From NCBI GenBank assembly GCA_029856045.1, contig JAHQWG010000012.1, positions 32,001 through 96,000 of the forward strand: 64,000 bases of DNA. Direction: 5' to 3'. Position numbers and translations under genes: made by a program. The DNA is from Promethearchaeia archaeon. Lineage in GTDB: Archaea; Asgardarchaeota; Lokiarchaeia; Sigyniarchaeales; SOKP01. The notes below the pieces were generated by a model. The model did no database searches. It saw only the letters and a program-made list of their open reading frames with translations, and was not told where the DNA came from. Positions 60,282 to 64,000 of this stretch are shown here, in pieces; position 1 is the first letter of the stretch, and each line of letters opens with the position of its first letter.

Positions 60282-61529
60282 TTAGTCCCTAATTCCATCT
60301 TCGGAGATTGTGAAAACTGCTTCAGCTTCCGGTAAGTGAGGAGCATCAACAATTTTAGCAACTCGTTGATTTTCTTTACCCTTTCTTAGATAAACTCTTA
60401 CTGTCGAACCATGAGCAACAATATTACCTCCAGTTGCTCTAAGTGGATTTCCGTAGAATACATCTGGTTTTGATTGGACTTGGTTCGAAACAACTATGGC
60501 TAAATCATCATAAATCTCAGTTAATCGAAGAAGATCATGCAAGTGAGAATTCAACGTTTGCTGACGGTCTGCAAGAGTCCCTCTTCCAATGTACTCACTT
60601 CGAAAATGGCCAATTAACGAATCCACAATAATTAATTTTATATTTTCCTTATCAATTATATTAGATGCGTCCTTGGCGAGCATGACTTGATGGTCTGAAT
60701 TAAATGCCCGTGCGAAAATTATATTCTTTAAAACTTTATTATAATCTAAATCCAAAGCATCTGCCATTTGAATTATCCTTTCAGGTCTAAATGTCCCCTC
60801 AGTATCAATGTATAAAGCTTTTCCATTAAGCCCTCCTTTTTCTTCAGGCAATTGCACATTAACACATAATTGATGCATAATTTGAGTCTTTCCTGTTCTA
60901 TATTCTCCAAAGAACTCGGTTAAAGCTCTTGTTTCTATTCCACCCGCTAAAACTTCATCTAAATTAGGACTACCCGTAGAGATCCGTTTTAATAATCTTC
61001 GTTCTTCCCATACCTCACTTGCTGATTTAAAATTAATATTTAACAACTCTTGAGATGACTTAATAATTTTTTCAACAGTTTTATCTCCCAATCCCGAATC
61101 ATCCATTATTACTTGTTTTGGAGTCACCGCAATTGCTCTTATGGATAATAACCCAGCTTCTTTTAATTTCTTTAAAGTTGCAGGTCCGACACCAGGTAAA
61201 TCAGAGAAACCGTAATCAATTTTTCCTTTAGACTTTTCTTTTTGAATATCTGGTTTTTCAGACTCTTCAATAACAAATTCCATATTTTCTTCTATTTCTT
61301 CATTAGTCTCACTTGAAATCTCCATATCTTGACTTGAAATTAATTCTTTTGCATTTGAAATCCAATCCAAAACTTTTTTCTCGGAACTTTTGACTATCTT
61401 TGCTATTATTTTTGGGTCTGCGTTAATAAAATCTTCATAACTATTTATTCCCTCAGCCATCAACTTTTTTGCAGTTACATTACCTATTCCGGGAATTTGG
61501 GTTAAATCTGAATTATTATTATTGCTCAT
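60282..61529 (-). CDS. radA: DNA repair recombinase RadA with extra N-terminal HhH domain
   Basis: LPGVGP, FKSA oligomerisation motif, [36 protein letters not shown]. Confidence 0.95.
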   Translation of the reverse strand: MSNNNNSDLTQIPGIGNVTAKKLMAEGINSYEDFINADPKIIAKIVKSSEKKVLDWISNAKELISSQDMEISSETNEEIEENMEFVIEESEKPDIQKEKSKGKIDYGFSDLPGVGPATLKKLKEAGLLSIRAIAVTPKQVIMDDSGLGDKTVEKIIKSSQELLNINFKSASEVWEERRLLKRISTGSPNLDEVLAGGIETRALTEFFGEYRTGKTQIMHQLCVNVQLPEEKGGLNGKALYIDTEGTFRPERIIQMADALDLDYNKVLKNIIFARAFNSDHQVMLAKDASNIIDKENIKLIIVDSLIGHFRSEYIGRGTLADRQQTLNSHLHDLLRLTEIYDDLAIVVSNQVQSKPDVFYGNPLRATGGNIVAHGSTVRVYLRKGKENQRVAKIVDAPHLPEAEAVFTISEDGIRD

Positions 61530-61658
61530 AATAAAAGAAGCCTTCCTTTCTTTTTTCAAAATAAAATAAATCTTGATTCTTTAAATAAATTACATATTTA
61601 GATTTTAATAAAAATATAGGAGTTTAAAAAATAATTGATTTTTTAAAAAAAAATAAAA

Positions 61659-62390
61659 TTATTGTGAAGGAGTTCTTTGTCCGCTTTTAGTAACTAGTAA
61701 AAGTGCCACGAAAAGTATAACACAAAATAGAAAGGTTAGCACTGCCGTAGATTCTGGAGCCCATATATAACTTATTATCCAAAATGGTATAATGAATATT
61801 GCAGTAATAACTACAACTGCAACTAAATTTGCCTCTTCACCACGAATATCATTTAACAATGGAATGCAAATCAAAACAACGAGAGCTGTGATACTGATGC
61901 GAAAAGATAATACAACGTTTGGATCGATAACTGGGTTTAAATCTCCTGTTATGGTAAATAACTCAGGCAACCAAAAGAAAGCTAAATATGAAGAACACCC
62001 AGTTTGCATATCAGGAATTAAGTTATCTGATGGCAAAATCGCAGTGAGAACAAACTGAACTATTAAAGCAACCAGTAAAAATAAAAGAACATCATCTATC
62101 TCTTTCTTCTTTTTAATTACATGATATGTATCTCTTAACATAACAACAATCCAAAGCAAGACCAAGATAAGATACATACCTAATACTCCAAATGATTGGT
62201 ATTCTGCATAGGCTGAACTACCACCTTCAGTAATTTTGAACCATAGGTAATTGATTAATGGTAAAGCCATAATATATGCAAGCAGTGAGTAGCGCTCTCC
62301 ACGCTTAAAAATATCAAATATCAAAAAGATTACAAAGATGATACTTAACGTTATCATAATTATTATTGAATTTAGATCAAATAGCGCCAT
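61659..62390 (-). CDS. Hypothetical polytopic membrane protein
   Basis: About 7 hydrophobic segments. Confidence 0.75.
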   Translation of the reverse strand: MALFDLNSIIIMITLSIIFVIFLIFDIFKRGERYSLLAYIMALPLINYLWFKITEGGSSAYAEYQSFGVLGMYLILVLLWIVVMLRDTYHVIKKKKEIDDVLLFLLVALIVQFVLTAILPSDNLIPDMQTGCSSYLAFFWLPELFTITGDLNPVIDPNVVLSFRISITALVVLICIPLLNDIRGEEANLVAVVVITAIFIIPFWIISYIWAPESTAVLTFLFCVILFVALLLVTKSGQRTPSQ

Positions 62391-62547
62391 AATTAAATCA
62401 CTTTATTTTATAATTTTTTTACATAATTTATTAAATCTTTATGTTTTTAATTATTTTTTATTTTAAATTTAATTTAATGTATTAAATTTTTATTAATCTC
62501 AAACATAAATTATTATTAATATATTTTCATAAGACCAGTTTTTGAAT

Positions 62548-64000
62548 ATGCTCCAGAAAAAAAGATCTAAATTTAAAGGTGAAAATATTGCCAAGATAAT
62601 CGTGGCAATAATTGCAATTGGTGGAACAAGTTTTTATGGCTTTATTTCTGTGTTTCTGTTGAATAATAATTTAAATGTTGAGTATTTTGTGAATGGATTT
62701 GATGTTCAATTAGCCCCTGAGTCCGTTATCGATTATGACTACATATATAATATTATTAACAAATCTGAAGAACTAGTTGGAATTTATCATATTCCTAAAA
62801 ATCTCACAGGAAATAATTGGACTCTACCACCTTTAGGTGTTACATTTAATTATGCACTAATAAATGAGAATCTAACATTCTTTAACAGTTCATTTTATAA
62901 TAATTCTCAGATTTTAGCAACTTTTGATCCATTAAACACAAGTAGCCCTTATAACGATTTTAACATCATGAATTATGGGAGTGATACGGCTCATGTTTCA
63001 CTCTATTCAGGATTATATGTTGCCGGAGAAGCTTTTCGATATGCAGTAGCAAAACGGGAGAATAATAACGCTGAGGTTGAAGCAACTTTGGAAAGGTTGC
63101 GTGATTTGGTATTGGCATATGAGATATTAAGTGAGGTAGCTGGAAATTTCACATGGCCTCGTTATGCAGTTCCAGATACACCCCTTGCAAGAGAAAAGTT
63201 TCCGGGTTATGGTTTTGAAGCATCTAAAGATCGATATATCCGAGAATATAAAGGCTATAATTGGTCATTGATAATGCATAAAAGTCGAGATGTTACATGC
63301 GGGCAGTTATTCGCCATGAGTATGATTTATAATTTAGTAGATGACCCTGATTTAAAAGAGAGAACGGGTAGAATTATAGATAGAACGGTTTCATATTTTT
63401 ATGATTCAAATTGGCGAATCCTTGATGTAAATGGTAAAATTCACACGGTTGCAGCAGAATTGATGAGTGGACGACCTGTTCCAAGTTCTTTATTTGTTCT
63501 AAGCTTTCTAAAGATGGCTGCGATAGTTAATCCTGAAAAATGGCAATCAATTTATCTTCACTACGCATATGATAGAGGATTCGCTAAAGCTTTAGGAAAA
63601 AGTGATCGAGCAGGTATCGGATTTCCAAGTTCTAATGTAGCTGGTCCTTATTATCCATTAAATTTTATATATAATGATATTCCAATATTAATTTGGCTTG
63701 AAGAAGACCCAGTTTTAAAGCAAATGTATTTAGATAATTTATTGGATCCTGCTCAAAATTTTGTCAAGTTTCATCGTAATGGGGAGTTTGATGCTGTTTA
63801 TTTATTATGTCATAGTACTCCTAATTTCGACAATTTACGTGATGTTCCCACTCTATTAGAGAGTGATATTAATAATGATGATCAAATTTGGGGTAGGGTT
63901 CGAGATCGAATTCAAAATCCTTTTGAATTTATTAAATCTGATATAAAAGATTGCTTATGGCGTTCTATGAATAGAAAGTATCCTTATAGAACTTATTATA
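62548..64000 (+). CDS. Secreted/membrane-anchored protein, incomplete at window end (not in ORF track)
   Basis: Manual translation stop-free to 64000: basic N-terminus + TM (IAKIIVAIIAIGG), YSGLYVAGEAFRYAV, KSRD; many N-x-S/T sequons. Confidence 0.8.
   Translation, partial: MLQKKRSKFKGENIAKIIVAIIAIGGTSFYGFISVFLLNNNLNVEYFVNGFDVQLAPESVIDYDYIYNIINKSEELVGIYHIPKNLTGNNWTLPPLGVTFNYALINENLTFFNSSFYNNSQILATFDPLNTSSPYNDFNIMNYGSDTAHVSLYSGLYVAGEAFRYAVAKRENNNAEVEATLERLRDLVLAYEILSEVAGNFTWPRYAVPDTPLAREKFPGYGFEASKDRYIREYKGYNWSLIMHKSRDVTCGQLFAMSMIYNLVDDPDLKERTGRIIDRTVSYFYDSNWRILDVNGKIHTVAAELMSGRPVPSSLFVLSFLKMAAIVNPEKWQSIYLHYAYDRGFAKALGKSDRAGIGFPSSNVAGPYYPLNFIYNDIPILIWLEEDPVLKQMYLDNLLDPAQNFVKFHRNGEFDAVYLLCHSTPNFDNLRDVPTLLESDINNDDQIWGRVRDRIQNPFEFIKSDIKDCLWRSMNRKYPYRTYY

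Noticed and set aside
682-62058. Numerous short antisense or nested ORFs in the track (e.g. 682-912, 4217-4429, 8894-9274, 19298-19624, 40756-41106, 61792-62058)
   Set aside because: They overlap well-supported genes on the other strand or frame and have no recognisable motifs; shadow ORFs
1-64000. Selenoproteins / TGA readthrough (known in Lokiarchaeia), tRNA, rRNA, CRISPR
   Set aside because: No gene seen with an in-frame TGA at a conserved Cys position; no cloverleaf, rRNA-like GC block or repeat-spacer array found by eye

Overview
Very AT-rich archaeal chromosome segment, most consistent with an Asgard archaeon (Lokiarchaeia/Promethearchaeota). The placement is inferred from archaeal uS13/uS4/uS11, GluRS, EndA, Mch and RecJ/GAN together with a RagA-like GTPase-roadblock fusion and a RadA carrying a Rad51-like Walker A. 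Most of the window is housekeeping and metabolism: purine cluster purC-purS-purQ-purL-purF*-purF, salvage MTAP/apt, nadE and two cold-shock proteins. A small accessory patch at about 10.6-15.9 kb holds a Type IIG restriction-modification gene next to a degraded DDE transposase that the ORF track missed. No tRNA, rRNA or CRISPR array was recognised. Best candidates for undescribed biology: (1) an operon of an alkyl-DHAP-synthase-like flavoprotein, a GlpC-like Fe-S protein and a kinase resembling metazoan GK5, possibly a glycerol-ether-lipid pathway; (2) three tandem paralogous membrane + left-handed beta-helix genes resembling a split Pls/NRPS terminal module with no A/T domain; (3) repeated signs of ATA/ATT/ATC initiation that truncate or hide genes; (4) a Cys-less second PurF coupled to purL. 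All family calls come from motif recognition by eye; no searches were run.
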